Of a DNA stretch of 64,000 bases, positions 45,985-56,492 are shown in pieces (the stretch's first letter is position 1; the number at the start of each line of letters is the position of its first letter). A model generated the notes under the pieces. The model was not told the DNA's origin and did not search any database. It was given only the letters and a program-made list of their open reading frames with translations. Source of the DNA: an uncultured Gemmatimonadales bacterium (GTDB lineage: Bacteria > Gemmatimonadota > Gemmatimonadetes > Gemmatimonadales > GWC2-71-9); NCBI GenBank assembly GCA_963795085.1, contig CAWCFX010000006.1, positions 576,001-640,000 of the forward strand, given 5' to 3'. The position numbers were made by a program, and so were the translations under genes.

Positions 45985-46691
45985 GTTGGGATGATCTCAT
46001 GATGAAGGCCCGTCAGGGGCAGGGCATCATGCGGCACGCCAAGCCCGCCTGGAAGGCCCTGCAGGGCTTTCGCCTCCCCGTGATCCGGCCCGTGGTTGGC
46101 CTGATGTACGGCCTGGGCAATGTCTGGAACCGGGGCTGGCCCCTGGCGGCCAAGATCCTCTGGCGCGAGCCGCTGCTCCGCTACCGCTGCGCGGCCGTGG
46201 GCCGGCGGCTGCAGCTGGAGGGGGCGATTCCCGAAATCGAGGGCAACGGACGGATTGAACTCGGGGAGGATGTCCGCATAGGCGGACGGTGCACCTGGAT
46301 CGTGGGCTTCAAGGTTTCAGCGGGTGCTGAGCTCGTCATCGGCAACCGGGTGAGCGTGAACTACCAGAATCTCATCAGCGTGGCCAAGAGTGTTCGAATC
46401 GGTGACGACACCATGATCGCCGCGAACGTCCAGATATTCGATAATATCAGTCACCCGCTCTCGCCATCCCGCCGTCTGCGGCACGAGCCATTCACACTCG
46501 AGGAGGCCGCGCCGGTCGTCATCGGAACCAACTGCTGGATAGGCACCAATTCGATCATCATGCGGGGCGTGACCATCGGAGACAACTCGGTCGTAGCGGC
46601 CGGCTCAATCGTCACCAAGCCGGTCGCGCCGAATACCCTGGTGGGAGGCAACCCCGCCGCCGTGATCAAGCAGATCCCCGACGACCGGTAG
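45981..46691 (+). CDS. Hexapeptide-repeat O-acyltransferase
   Basis: IGDDTMIA, PVVIGTNCWIG, GVTIGDNSVVAAGSIVTK and GGNPA motifs. Confidence 0.9.
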   Translation: MSWDDLMMKARQGQGIMRHAKPAWKALQGFRLPVIRPVVGLMYGLGNVWNRGWPLAAKILWREPLLRYRCAAVGRRLQLEGAIPEIEGNGRIELGEDVRIGGRCTWIVGFKVSAGAELVIGNRVSVNYQNLISVAKSVRIGDDTMIAANVQIFDNISHPLSPSRRLRHEPFTLEEAAPVVIGTNCWIGTNSIIMRGVTIGDNSVVAAGSIVTKPVAPNTLVGGNPAAVIKQIPDDR

Positions 46692-47829
46692 CTCGCCCCA
46701 CCAGCTCGCCGTACAACTGGGCATAATCCGCAACCATGCGGTCGAGGCTGTACTGCTGCTCGATCCGTCGCCGGGCCAGGCGCGCATCGGCATCTCGCGC
46801 GGACCGGTCGGTGAGCGCCGAGCGCCAGGCCAGTGCGATGGCTTCGGGATCCTCGGATGGCACCAGGCGGTGCGCGAGTTCAGGGCCGAGGACATCGGGA
46901 TTGCCACCCACCCGGGTGACCACGGGGCAGACCTCCGAACTCATCGCCTCCATCAGGCTGACCGAAGTTCCCTCGCTCCGCGACGTGAGCGTGAAGAGGG
47001 TGGTGGCGGCCAGGAACTCGTGGATGTCGCTCCGCCAGCCCAGGACCCGGGCCTTTCCGGCCAGGCCGCGCTCCGTGATCAGGTCCTCGACCCGCGCCCG
47101 GTCGGGTCCGTCCCCCGCTATCAGGAGCGCCGTCTGGCCCGGCGGCTGCATCCGTTCCAGGATGGCAAACGCTTCGACCATTACGTCATATCCCTTGATG
47201 TGGTCCAGCCGGCCGAGGCTGCCGATGATGGCCGTGTGGGTGCCCAGTCCCCACTCCTTCCGGAGCAGTCCGTTATCCTGTCGGTGCCGATACGCGGACG
47301 TGTCAACGCCGTTGAGGATGACCCGCAACCGGTCGGGGGCGCTCATGACGGTTTTCGCCATCTGGCCCCCCAGGGTCTCGGAGACAGCGACCGTGCAGTC
47401 CGTTCGCCGGGAGGCGAGACGGTCCACCAGCCGGTCCGTCCAGGGGTCGGGGTGCTGGCGCCCGTGGTCGGTGTGGACGACCACCGGCACCCCCGCCCGC
47501 CGGGCGGCGAGTGAGGCCTTGTACCATACCCCGCTATGGGTGTGAACGACATCCGGTGCGATCGCCCGGATCTGGCGGATGAGCGGGCCCGGCCAGGCCA
47601 TGGACCAGGGAGGCAATTTGGCGCCTACGTGCAGGCCGGCATGGGGCGACAACCCGTCGGCGTACCGTCCCAGAAACCGCAGCGCCAGGACGTGGGACTC
47701 AATGGCGGCGGGGTCGAACCGGCGCACCAGGTCCGCCACGAGCCGCTCCAGCCCACCGGCCTCGAGGTCGAGCACCACCTGGAGGACTCGGATGCGGCCG
47801 GGTAGAGGCGACGACGGCCTGTTGTTCAG
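46666..47829 (-). CDS. GT4 sugar transferase (PEP-CTERM/EpsH-associated type)
   Basis: RVLQVVLDLEAGGLE, HTDHG, ILNGVDT, GRLDHIKG and SEGTSVSLMEAM motifs. Start codon uncertain. Confidence 0.85.
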   Translation of the reverse strand: MNNRPSSPLPGRIRVLQVVLDLEAGGLERLVADLVRRFDPAAIESHVLALRFLGRYADGLSPHAGLHVGAKLPPWSMAWPGPLIRQIRAIAPDVVHTHSGVWYKASLAARRAGVPVVVHTDHGRQHPDPWTDRLVDRLASRRTDCTVAVSETLGGQMAKTVMSAPDRLRVILNGVDTSAYRHRQDNGLLRKEWGLGTHTAIIGSLGRLDHIKGYDVMVEAFAILERMQPPGQTALLIAGDGPDRARVEDLITERGLAGKARVLGWRSDIHEFLAATTLFTLTSRSEGTSVSLMEAMSSEVCPVVTRVGGNPDVLGPELAHRLVPSEDPEAIALAWRSALTDRSARDADARLARRRIEQQYSLDRMVADYAQLYGELVGRATGRRGSA

Positions 47830-49304
47830 CGGCCCGGGGGTGGCTGAGGCGGCATGGCCGGACCGGACGGCGGCGGAAGGGGACCGCGGGCCTGAGGAAC
47901 ATGCGTCCGCCGCCCCCGCCGGGGGTGGGCGGGAGCGGCCGGGCGCCCGGCCGGGGACAGTCTCTGATCGATACAGACAATCAGGCCCGCGGTCAGGGCG
48001 CCGAGGACATAGACCAGGTCCATGTAGGCGAAAGAGACAAAGGCTCCGGCGGCGGCAAAGGCAATAAAGGCGACCGGGAAGTACACCGTAGAGAAATAGA
48101 GAAATCGCTCTTCGGCGTCTCCCCGTCGCCACTCCTTGGGCAGGCGGCGGCGCAGCCTGATCGTCCCGACGATTCCGCCCACCACCAGCGTGCTGAACAG
48201 CAGCAACCCCGGTACGCCCATCTCGGCGCCGGCCTGCAGGAACGAGTTGTGGGGCGCGGACCACTTGATGCCCGCAAGGTTGGGGTCCGCCGCTTGCGCG
48301 ACGGCGCGGTCAGAGAGGGTGCCTTCCGCCCGGGGGAAATTGTCTACTCCGATTCCCGAGAATGGATTCAACATCATATAGCCGACACCACGCAGAAATA
48401 CGGCCTTCCGGCCGGTGGGCGACGTATAGTTATAGTCCTGCGACGGGTTGAGAATCGTCGCCATCTGCTCCCAGTAGCCAGCCGGAGCGGCAACCAATAG
48501 TCCCAGCCCGAGGACGACGACGAATCCGACCCGCTTCACCACGTCCACGTGTTTGAGCATGATCAGGAGAGCCACCGCCACCGCCGCCATCCCGATGAAT
48601 CCCCCGCGTGACCCGGTCTTGGCGATGGTCACACCAACACCAAAGAGCAGGCCAATGCAGATCAGCTTACCTTTGCTGCTTGCGGTCTGAATCAGGAGCA
48701 GCGTCAACACCAACCCGACGAGCACCACCAGCCCGATATCGTTGGAATCGTAGCTGTACCCGTTCTGAATCCGAAGCAGGCCGTCGTCGGTGGCACGGCG
48801 CATCCGGAAAACGAAAATTGACAGGTAAGACAGGCACCCCGTGCTGACCACGAAGGCCCACACCATGGTGTATAAATCCCGGGTATTGCGGATGCCGGCA
48901 ATCAGCAATACTGCAAACAGCAGGGTCTTGCTAAATTCCTGAATGATGAAAGAGGCGGAGCCGCCGATGGAGATGCTCAGTGGCACCGACAGGCAGGCGG
49001 TCAGGCCGAGGCCCATGATCACCCGCGAGGGCCAAGTGGTGAACAGCCCCCCGATCTTCAGGTACTTCGGGTTCAGGTACGCATAGGCGGCCGCCAGAAT
49101 GGTCAGCGTCAGGGCGGGACGCACCGGCCTCAGAAAGCCGAAGTTCTGGTGAATCCGGCTCAGAGTGATCACCATCAGGACGAACAACAGGATGCGGTAC
49201 GGGTCCTTCTGAAGGGCCAGGGTGGCCGGACGCCGGATGACTCGGCCGCCATAGCGAGGCGAAACCGGGATGGCCTGCGGATTGGATATGGGATGTCCGG
49301 TCAT
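47826..49304 (-). CDS. O-antigen ligase/polymerase-family membrane protein
   Basis: YDSND, TGSRGGFIG, NPFSGIG and PHNSFLQAGAEMG motifs; multi-TM. Confidence 0.88.
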   Translation of the reverse strand: MTGHPISNPQAIPVSPRYGGRVIRRPATLALQKDPYRILLFVLMVITLSRIHQNFGFLRPVRPALTLTILAAAYAYLNPKYLKIGGLFTTWPSRVIMGLGLTACLSVPLSISIGGSASFIIQEFSKTLLFAVLLIAGIRNTRDLYTMVWAFVVSTGCLSYLSIFVFRMRRATDDGLLRIQNGYSYDSNDIGLVVLVGLVLTLLLIQTASSKGKLICIGLLFGVGVTIAKTGSRGGFIGMAAVAVALLIMLKHVDVVKRVGFVVVLGLGLLVAAPAGYWEQMATILNPSQDYNYTSPTGRKAVFLRGVGYMMLNPFSGIGVDNFPRAEGTLSDRAVAQAADPNLAGIKWSAPHNSFLQAGAEMGVPGLLLFSTLVVGGIVGTIRLRRRLPKEWRRGDAEERFLYFSTVYFPVAFIAFAAAGAFVSFAYMDLVYVLGALTAGLIVCIDQRLSPAGRPAAPAHPRRGRRTHVPQARGPLPPPSGPAMPPQPPPGR

Positions 49305-49357
49305 GGTTTCGCCACCGTCGCAAGCATAGATTCTCCCGCCTTCCATGCGCCCGGCAG

Positions 49358-49373
49358 CGCAAGAAGGACGCCA
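49358..49373 (-). promoter_or_regulatory. sigma-54 promoter
   Basis: TGGCGTCCTTCTTGCG on the minus strand, about 55 bp upstream of ATG 49304. Confidence 0.65.
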
Positions 49374-49447
49374 TGCAAGATAGACCAATTGCGCCCGGCT
49401 GGCCACGGCGTGTCGTGCCGGCGCCACACCCCCCAAACCCCGATATC

Positions 49448-50668
49448 GTGACTCGACCACTCCTGTTCCTGTCCCACCGGCTTCCGTTTCCACCTCACAA
49501 TGGCGCGTCGATCCGAACCTACAACATCCTGAAACAACTGGCCCGCGAGTACGAGGTCACTGCGCTCTGCTTCGACCGGACGGACCCCGCGCTGGGAGAC
49601 CTGCCGCTGGAGGGACGGGTCGAGGCTCTGCGCCCGTTCGCGCGAGTGGAAGTCTTCCCCATTCCCCAGGAATCCAGCCGGTACCGGCTGGTGCGCGATC
49701 ACCTGTTCAGCGTCCTCACCGGAAATCCTTATACCTACTACGTACACGACCTGACCGCCTACGGGGCCCGGCTGTCCGCGCTGCTCCACGAACGGACGTG
49801 GGCCGCCGTGCACCTCGACAGCATGGATCTCCTGCGTTACGTCCCTATGCTGGCGGGAACCCCGATGGTCTGCACCCACCACAATGTCGAGTCGGCGCTC
49901 CTGCGGCGCCGCGCGGGCGCCGAGACTTCCGTCCTGCTGCGGCGCTATATGCGCCACCAGGCGGCGCTCCTGGAGCGGGCTGAACGCCGGCTGCTCGGTA
50001 GGTTTGCGCTCAACGTGGCCGTTTCCGGGGACGATGCCCGGTCCTTCGCAGCTTTGGCGCCGGAGGCCAGGATCAGCGTCGTACCGAACGGCGTTGACAC
50101 CGAATCGTTCCGGCCCGCCGAAGGCCCCACCCGGGGCTGCGTTTTCGTTGGGGGAACCAGCTGGTTCCCCAACCGGGATGGGCTGGCCTGGTTTGTCCAG
50201 GCCATTCTGCCCGCCCTCGAACGCCGGCACTGGGGCAGCGAAGTAGTCTGGGTGGGACGGGCGACACCCGAAGAACTCATCCGTCACCAGGGCACCAGGG
50301 GTCTCAGATTGACCGGTTACGTCGAGGATATCCGGCCCTACGTGAATGAGGCCCGCTGCTTTATTGCTCCGTTGCGGGTGGGCGGCGGCACCCGGCTGAA
50401 AATCCTGGATGCCTGGGCCCTGGGAAAGGCTGTGGTGTCCACCTCGATTGGAGCCGAGGGGTTGTTGACCCGGGACGGCGACAACATTCTCCTGGCCGAC
50501 ACCCCGGAGGCATTTGCCGCGGCCATGGTCCGGCTGCTGGGCGATGAGGCCCTGGCCGGGCGGCTGGGTGCGGCGGCCCGGCAAACGGTCGAAGAGCACT
50601 ACAGTTGGGACATCATCGGTCGTGACATGCTGGGTCGCTACCGGGAGGTGGAGGCACCGGCTTCCTAG
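49448..50668 (+). CDS. GT4 sugar transferase (PEP-CTERM/XrtA-associated type)
   Basis: LSHRLPFPPHNGASIR, HHNVES, VPNGVD, PNRDGL and GGGTRLKILDA motifs. Confidence 0.9.
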   Translation: MTRPLLFLSHRLPFPPHNGASIRTYNILKQLAREYEVTALCFDRTDPALGDLPLEGRVEALRPFARVEVFPIPQESSRYRLVRDHLFSVLTGNPYTYYVHDLTAYGARLSALLHERTWAAVHLDSMDLLRYVPMLAGTPMVCTHHNVESALLRRRAGAETSVLLRRYMRHQAALLERAERRLLGRFALNVAVSGDDARSFAALAPEARISVVPNGVDTESFRPAEGPTRGCVFVGGTSWFPNRDGLAWFVQAILPALERRHWGSEVVWVGRATPEELIRHQGTRGLRLTGYVEDIRPYVNEARCFIAPLRVGGGTRLKILDAWALGKAVVSTSIGAEGLLTRDGDNILLADTPEAFAAAMVRLLGDEALAGRLGAAARQTVEEHYSWDIIGRDMLGRYREVEAPAS

Positions 50669-51663
50669 GTGGTGCTGGAGGGGAGGAGCGGCGGCGTCCG
50701 CCCGCCTTCGAGCCGCCATCCGAAGAGCAGTTCCGCGAGGCCGGTCACTTTCAGTCCGAGTTTCCACGACGGCTCCCGGCGATTCATCCCGAACCGGGGC
50801 AGCGCGCCGCCGCTACGGTACCCGCCCCAGGTTCGCCCGGCCAGGGTGAGGCTGGCCAGCATCCCGGCATCCCGGCCCTGCCGTTCGGTTTGCGCGTCGT
50901 AGAGTCCAAAGGGAATCGCCAGCACAGGGGCCACCCTGGGCAAGGCCCTCTGCAGGACCTGGTGGGCCTCGCGAATCTCATCGACCGCCTCCGCGTCTCC
51001 GAGCAGGGGCAGTACCGGATGGGTCACGGTATGCACGCCGAATTCCACCTGCGACAGGGCGCCGATTCGCACCAGTTCTTCAAAGGTCATCGCCCGGTGC
51101 CTGGTCGCGAAACCGGTGTGGGTTTCGAGCTGGGCCAGGGACGATTCATGCCCCGGGGGCCACCGTCCCCCGTGGACCCGGAGTATCCATTGCCGCAGCG
51201 GCCGCAGTGGGCCAAACTCGCGGGGCTGTCCTCGGCGGTACGCCTCGTCGAGTCCGAGCCCGTGCTCGAACTGCCGCCACCGGGCAGGATCCACCCGGGG
51301 ATGAAGGTCCTCGATCCGGTCCCACCAGAATGACGCCCCCGTCCCGGATGCGCCGGTCGTGACAAAAACGGTTACCGGGATATTCTCGGTCCGGATCAGG
51401 TCGGCCGCTTCCAGCAGGGAGGCGTATCCGTCATCGAATGTGATTGCGGCAAGGCCCCGGGTCGAACGGCGCTGGCGATGCTGGTCCAGCATGGCGGTCA
51501 GCGGTACGATCTGGGCGACCCTCCGCACGGCTGCCACGAGCTGGGCAAACCGTTCCAGTGGGAGGTGCATGAGACTGGTGGCGGGCAGGTCGGCAGTGGT
51601 AAGGCTGTGGAAACAGAGCACCGACCCGCCGGACGAGGCGCTGAGGGGGGGACGCAAGGTCAT
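50665..51663 (-). CDS. Polysaccharide deacetylase
   Basis: LCFHS, ITFDDGY, FWWD, GVHTVTHPVL and AIPFG motifs; ATGA coupling. Confidence 0.85.
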   Translation of the reverse strand: MTLRPPLSASSGGSVLCFHSLTTADLPATSLMHLPLERFAQLVAAVRRVAQIVPLTAMLDQHRQRRSTRGLAAITFDDGYASLLEAADLIRTENIPVTVFVTTGASGTGASFWWDRIEDLHPRVDPARWRQFEHGLGLDEAYRRGQPREFGPLRPLRQWILRVHGGRWPPGHESSLAQLETHTGFATRHRAMTFEELVRIGALSQVEFGVHTVTHPVLPLLGDAEAVDEIREAHQVLQRALPRVAPVLAIPFGLYDAQTERQGRDAGMLASLTLAGRTWGGYRSGGALPRFGMNRREPSWKLGLKVTGLAELLFGWRLEGGRTPPLLPSSTT

Positions 51664-53021
51664 CGACCGCTGACGTACCAGTCGCTGATCCATTGGTACA
51701 TATCGAACGGCACCGGGTTCAGACCCCCGCCATACGTGGGATTCCAGGTTACTCCCCGAAAGGCTGGTTCCTGATCGGGAAAAAAATACTGCACGTTGGT
51801 TTCTTGGAGAACGCTTCGGCCGTCCACCCACATTCGCGCGATACCATTGCTCATCCCCCGGCCGTTGGCCTGGACCAGGTACTCCACCTTGTGCCATGAC
51901 CCCAGGTTCCGCAGCGTTGGAAAGGTACTTTGCATCTGCCGGTTCAGCGTGGCCCGGGAACTCTGCAGGTGGACCCCGAGCCGGTTGGTCAGGTTGAAAT
52001 AATGGTTGACATTGCGCTGGCCATCCTCATACGGGGTCAGGATAAAGGAAAATTTGACGTTGTTGTTCCCGTTGTTGGTGAAATTGTCGCTGAGCTTCAT
52101 CCAGAGGCACATGTAGAATGCCGTGACATGGCGGGGGAAATGGAAGTCCGCCCGGAACGGGCCCCGCCCTCCCGGCGCTCCCTGGGGGAACCGGCCCTCC
52201 AGCACCCGCTTGGAAGCTGTGGGGGCGCCGGCATCGGTCACGACCCGGAATCGCTCCCGGCGAGCCGTCACCATCCAGCCTTCACCGCCGCGCTCCCGGC
52301 CCGAGGGAGGCACCTCTTCCCAGGGCCGGCTGGAAAACGCATCGAACCCCGGTGGCTCATTGCCGCACGCCCCGAGTCGTCCGGCGGCAGCCGGCAAGGC
52401 AGGTGCCGGGGAAGTTGTGGCGGGGTCGTGGACCGGGGCAGGAGCTGGTTGACGGGGCGGGTGCCCACTGGGCGGCCCCCCCGCCACCGCCGGCGGGGAT
52501 CCCGGGGTGGGAAACTGGACCAGGAAACGCCCCGAATCGAGTGGATCCGTGGTAACGGCACCCTGGAGGGTCGGCGCGGGATACCGCCAAGTCAATAACA
52601 CCGGCCGGGACGGGACGTTATTGCGATAGCTGCGGAGGGTACTCGAGAAGTCGACCTGTAACGGGCCTGGGGTAAGGAGCAGGCTGAAGGTGTCCTCCGC
52701 AGACCGCAGGCGGCGCTCGAGAATCAGGGAACTTGGCCCCCGGTTCCGCTGCACCCGGACCATCAGCTCAAAACTGTCCGGCGTCCCACGCGGGTCAGCC
52801 CCGGTCCAGGTCAGCCGGAACCGTACGGTGGTATCGGACGCAGGCGGAGAAGCAGGCGCCGCGGGCACTGGTTGCACCGCCTGGGGGGTGGAACCCGCCG
52901 GCAGGCAGAGGGTAAGCAGCAGCCCGCCGACACTGGCTACCAGCACGGCCGCCATGAGTCTTCCCGAAACCGGGGAAACCGCCGTGCCCGGCCGAGAGGA
53001 AGCGGGCCGGGGCCGGCGCAT
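51660..53021 (-). CDS. Exported protein: small beta domain, Pro/Ala linker and WNPTYGGG lyase/lectin-like domain
   Basis: N-terminal hydrophobic segment. C-terminal ~215 aa are similar to those of 53023-55389 and 56493-57440. Confidence 0.75.
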   Translation of the reverse strand: MRRPRPASSRPGTAVSPVSGRLMAAVLVASVGGLLLTLCLPAGSTPQAVQPVPAAPASPPASDTTVRFRLTWTGADPRGTPDSFELMVRVQRNRGPSSLILERRLRSAEDTFSLLLTPGPLQVDFSSTLRSYRNNVPSRPVLLTWRYPAPTLQGAVTTDPLDSGRFLVQFPTPGSPPAVAGGPPSGHPPRQPAPAPVHDPATTSPAPALPAAAGRLGACGNEPPGFDAFSSRPWEEVPPSGRERGGEGWMVTARRERFRVVTDAGAPTASKRVLEGRFPQGAPGGRGPFRADFHFPRHVTAFYMCLWMKLSDNFTNNGNNNVKFSFILTPYEDGQRNVNHYFNLTNRLGVHLQSSRATLNRQMQSTFPTLRNLGSWHKVEYLVQANGRGMSNGIARMWVDGRSVLQETNVQYFFPDQEPAFRGVTWNPTYGGGLNPVPFDMYQWISDWYVSGR

Positions 53022-53022
53022 G

Positions 53023-55389
53023 TCAGCGTATGCTCAGGTACCAGTTGTCGATGAACTGGTACTGGGTGTAGGGAACCGGGTTCAGGCCTCCGCCGTAGGT
53101 GGGATTCCAGGTAATCCCATTGAACAGCGGAGGCTGGTTGGAAAAGAAGTACTCGACATTGGACACGCTGAGTACCTGGGACCCGTTAGCCCAGACTTTG
53201 GCCACGCCGTCCACGTTGCCCAGCGTGTTGCCAATGATCAGCCATTCGATCTTGACCCACTGGCCCCGGTGGCCGATCAGGCTGAAGCTGCTGAGCATGG
53301 TCCGGTTCAACTGGGTCGCCCCACTCTGCAGCTGGACCCCCACGTTGTTGGTCATGTTGAAATAGTGGTTCAGTCCGAAGGTCCCGCCGGTGTAGGGCGT
53401 GAGGAAGAACCCGAATTTGACGTTGTTGTTGCCGCCGTTGGTGAAAGCCGGATCCAGCATGGTGAAGACACACATGTAGATCATGTCCGTCTGCCGGAAT
53501 GTCCGGGTCAGCCCGAAGGGCGCGGTGCCGCCATTGTGGCCCTGGGGAAACGAGCCGGCCACGATGTTGCTCGGCGTCAGCGGGGCCGTGGCGTCCTGGA
53601 CGATACTGAGTTTGTTTGCCTCGTTCTGGTTGCGCACATTCCAGCCGTACTGGTCCTTGGTAGGCTGGATCGGGGGGATGGCATCCCAGGGGTGGTCGAA
53701 GACCGGGGTCATCCCGGACGGCTCGTTCGAGCACGCGGCACTGGTCGGAGGCAGGTTCGAGGCGGTGACCGTGGCCGAGTCTGACAGTGTCCCGCCCTGC
53801 TGGGTAGCGATGACCAGGCAGGTTGCGGGCGCGCCCGGCGCGGTATACTGGCCGCTGGTCGTCACCGACCCGCACGTCGCCGTCCAGTTCACGTTAACCG
53901 TTGTTGTTCCGCCATTACTCAAGTTGCCCACGGCCGTAAACTGCTGCAACCCGCCCGTCAGCAGGGCGGAGCTGGACGGCGAGACCGTGAGCCGGGTCAG
54001 CGTTGCCTGCGAGGTGACAGTCACGTCGGCGGTATCCGCTACCGACCCCACCTTGGCGATAACCCGGTAGGAACCTGGCTGCGCCGGCGCGGTATACGCG
54101 CCGGCGGCGGTGATCGTGCCACCGGTCACCTGGTAGGTCGGGATAATCGTGGCCTGGCTGCCATCGCTGTAGGTGCCGGTCGCCGAAAATTGCTGCCCGG
54201 AGCCCGCCAGGATGGAAACGGTGCGGGGACGGATCCGGACACTGGTGAGCACGACGTTGGGCTGATTGATCTGGACGGTCGACGTATCGGCGAACAGCCC
54301 GTTGGTAGTGGTCGCAAACACGTTATAGGCGCCAACGGTCTGGCCCGCGGTGTACAGGCCCCCCGCAGTTATGGTACCGCCGGTGGCGACGAAGGTCACC
54401 GCGACCGGGGCCGTCGAACTGTCGGAAAACTTTCCGAGGACGGTGAACTGCTGGGCGCTGCCAGTCGTTAGCGACGAGGTCGGTGGGGAGAGGATAACCC
54501 GTACCATGCTGCTTGCCGCAACGACCACGTCAGCCGTGTCTGCCTTTCCGCTCGCCAGGTGCCTGGCAATCACCCGGTAGCTGCCCGGGACCTGGGTGGC
54601 CGTGTACAGCCCCGACGAAGTGATCTGGCCGGCCGTCGTGGTATATACGGCAGCAGCTGGTGCGAACGTTCCGTCCGTATAGTTGGCAAAGGCAATGAAC
54701 TGTTGCCGGGTGCCCGGCCGGAGGGTGACGGTGTCGGGACTCAACACCACAGATTGGACCGTTGGTGCCTGGCTGGTGATGGTGACGCCCACCGTGTCCG
54801 CCACCGTCTGCGTGGTGCTGGTGGCAATAACCTGGAATGATCCCAGGTTCGGGCCCGCGGTAAAGTTGCCCACCTGGTCCACGGTTCCCCCCGTGGCGGT
54901 CCAGGTGACCGACGCCGCGGCAATGGAACTATCGCTGAAATGCGCTTCAGCCACGAACGGCCGCACCTCGCCCGGAGCGAGAATGGGACTGATGGGATTG
55001 ATCACGATGTCCGTCAGGACCACCGCCGGTGCAGTGACGGTGACCAGGGCGGTATCGGCCGGGTGAGGCGCGAAACGGGCCCGCGCAATCACCTGGTAGG
55101 TCCCCACCGATGCCGCGGAGAAGAATCCGCCGGTCGTCAGGGTCCCGCCGTCTGCTGTCCAGTCGAGGGGAACCTGGATACTGTCCCCCAGCGTGTTGAG
55201 CCCGTAGGTGTCGAACCGGAACACGTCGCCAGCGGAAATGGTGACATTCCCGGGGTTCAAGAAGACCTGAGCAACCGACAGGTTCGGATCAATCCCACCG
55301 TTGTCCTTCAAATCCGCACGGCAGGCCAGGAGGGTCAGGGCAAGGACAAGCAGTTGCGAAGGGAGGCGAAAGCGAGTGGACTCCGTCAT
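53023..55389 (-). CDS. Lipoprotein with six Ig-like (Big_2-type) repeats and a C-terminal WNPTYGGG lyase/lectin-like domain
   Basis: Lipobox LLA-C; six ~90-aa repeats (V.L.P....L..G...QF.A...ATGGTI...G.YTA....G.Y.VIA...ADT). Confidence 0.85.
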   Translation of the reverse strand: MTESTRFRLPSQLLVLALTLLACRADLKDNGGIDPNLSVAQVFLNPGNVTISAGDVFRFDTYGLNTLGDSIQVPLDWTADGGTLTTGGFFSAASVGTYQVIARARFAPHPADTALVTVTAPAVVLTDIVINPISPILAPGEVRPFVAEAHFSDSSIAAASVTWTATGGTVDQVGNFTAGPNLGSFQVIATSTTQTVADTVGVTITSQAPTVQSVVLSPDTVTLRPGTRQQFIAFANYTDGTFAPAAAVYTTTAGQITSSGLYTATQVPGSYRVIARHLASGKADTADVVVAASSMVRVILSPPTSSLTTGSAQQFTVLGKFSDSSTAPVAVTFVATGGTITAGGLYTAGQTVGAYNVFATTTNGLFADTSTVQINQPNVVLTSVRIRPRTVSILAGSGQQFSATGTYSDGSQATIIPTYQVTGGTITAAGAYTAPAQPGSYRVIAKVGSVADTADVTVTSQATLTRLTVSPSSSALLTGGLQQFTAVGNLSNGGTTTVNVNWTATCGSVTTSGQYTAPGAPATCLVIATQQGGTLSDSATVTASNLPPTSAACSNEPSGMTPVFDHPWDAIPPIQPTKDQYGWNVRNQNEANKLSIVQDATAPLTPSNIVAGSFPQGHNGGTAPFGLTRTFRQTDMIYMCVFTMLDPAFTNGGNNNVKFGFFLTPYTGGTFGLNHYFNMTNNVGVQLQSGATQLNRTMLSSFSLIGHRGQWVKIEWLIIGNTLGNVDGVAKVWANGSQVLSVSNVEYFFSNQPPLFNGITWNPTYGGGLNPVPYTQYQFIDNWYLSIR

Positions 55390-55495
55390 AGGACCTTCCG
55401 AATCTGAACGTGGCGCGCCCCAACCCGGCCAGCGGAGCGGGTTTGGCAGTCTCGGATAATAAGCAAGAAATGTACGGGGTTGTCAAAACGAATTT

Positions 55496-55507
55496 GTAAC
55501 ATGTTAC
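55496..55507. promoter_or_regulatory. Perfect 12-bp palindrome GTAACATGTTAC just upstream of a minus-strand TTGACA
   Basis: Read directly from sequence; lies in the AT-rich spacer upstream of 55389. Confidence 0.45.
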
Positions 55508-55567
55508 CTGGCAGCAAGTTAGCGAACGAGCCGACCCGGAGACCCACCGCTGGCGGCCCCCCCGGCT

Positions 55568-56383
55568 TCACCGCGAGGTGGATTCGGACTGAGTGACCAG
55601 CCAGGCGTGGCGGGTCCCGTGCAGATTACGCTGCAACTCCGCGTAGTTCTCGATGCGTTCCGCCAGTGATGTCGTGGCCTGCTTTCTGGTCCGGACCTGG
55701 AGATCCGCAGAGGGGTCCACCCCGAGGAACTCGAGGAGGCGCGTCATCGCCTCGGGGTTCCCCAGGTCTTCGTAAGCTGTCCACAGGACCGGCTGCTGCG
55801 GGTGGCGGGTAGCGAGGGCCACCATGCGATAGAAAACCTCCCGTTTGCGTATGAACCGCAGCAACTCGGGAGTGTCCACGTGGACTCGTGGCGGCGGACC
55901 CGCCGGCACCGGGACCGTTCCATCCCGGGGCATGCTGCTCCAGACGTTGGTGTGTTCGGCGAGCCGCTGGCTGACGAACTGCTCGAGCCATTGCCTCCGG
56001 CGCAGGATAATCTTGCGAACCCCCCGGTCGCGCAGCAGGGAGAGGAGCAGAGGAGTGTTCTGGCGGGAGAGCAGTTTGAAACCCACGGCTCGGGCACCGT
56101 CCGTATGACCGTACACCCGCGCCGCAAAGGCCCAGGGGTCCGCGTCGCGCTCGGACACCGAGCCAAAGCTGAGGCCGGTTCCCTTGTACCGAAGCGACCG
56201 GTGAATCTCTCCAGTATTGAAGAGTTCGTGATGACAAATAATCCCGGGATGGCTGTCCAGCATGGCTGCCAGAAGGTTGGAACCACTACGGGACAGCCCC
56301 ACGATCACGAACTGGGTGGCTTTTCCGGGAAGGTAGTCACCGCCCCAGGTGTACCGTGCAAACTGCAAGGCCCTACGCAGCAT
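55568..56383 (-). CDS. Stf0/NodH-like sulfotransferase
   Basis: FVIVGLSRSGSNLL..LDSHP, HELFN, GFKLL, FVS, YEDL and KQ...L.ERIENY motifs. Confidence 0.85.
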   Translation of the reverse strand: MLRRALQFARYTWGGDYLPGKATQFVIVGLSRSGSNLLAAMLDSHPGIICHHELFNTGEIHRSLRYKGTGLSFGSVSERDADPWAFAARVYGHTDGARAVGFKLLSRQNTPLLLSLLRDRGVRKIILRRRQWLEQFVSQRLAEHTNVWSSMPRDGTVPVPAGPPPRVHVDTPELLRFIRKREVFYRMVALATRHPQQPVLWTAYEDLGNPEAMTRLLEFLGVDPSADLQVRTRKQATTSLAERIENYAELQRNLHGTRHAWLVTQSESTSR

Positions 56384-56446
56384 CGGGTTCCCCCGGAAGA
56401 ATTTCGAGAGGGAAACTTACTCTCCTGCCGCGAAACCCCAAAGGAC

Positions 56447-56487
56447 AAAAACCGGTCTCCGGGCGCCTCAGCCCCCCCGGAGACCGG
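56447..56487 (-). terminator. Rho-independent terminator
   Basis: Stem CCGGTCTCCGGG/CCCGGAGACCGG followed by TTTTT on the minus strand, directly after stop 56493. Confidence 0.8.
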
Positions 56488-56492
56488 GTTCC

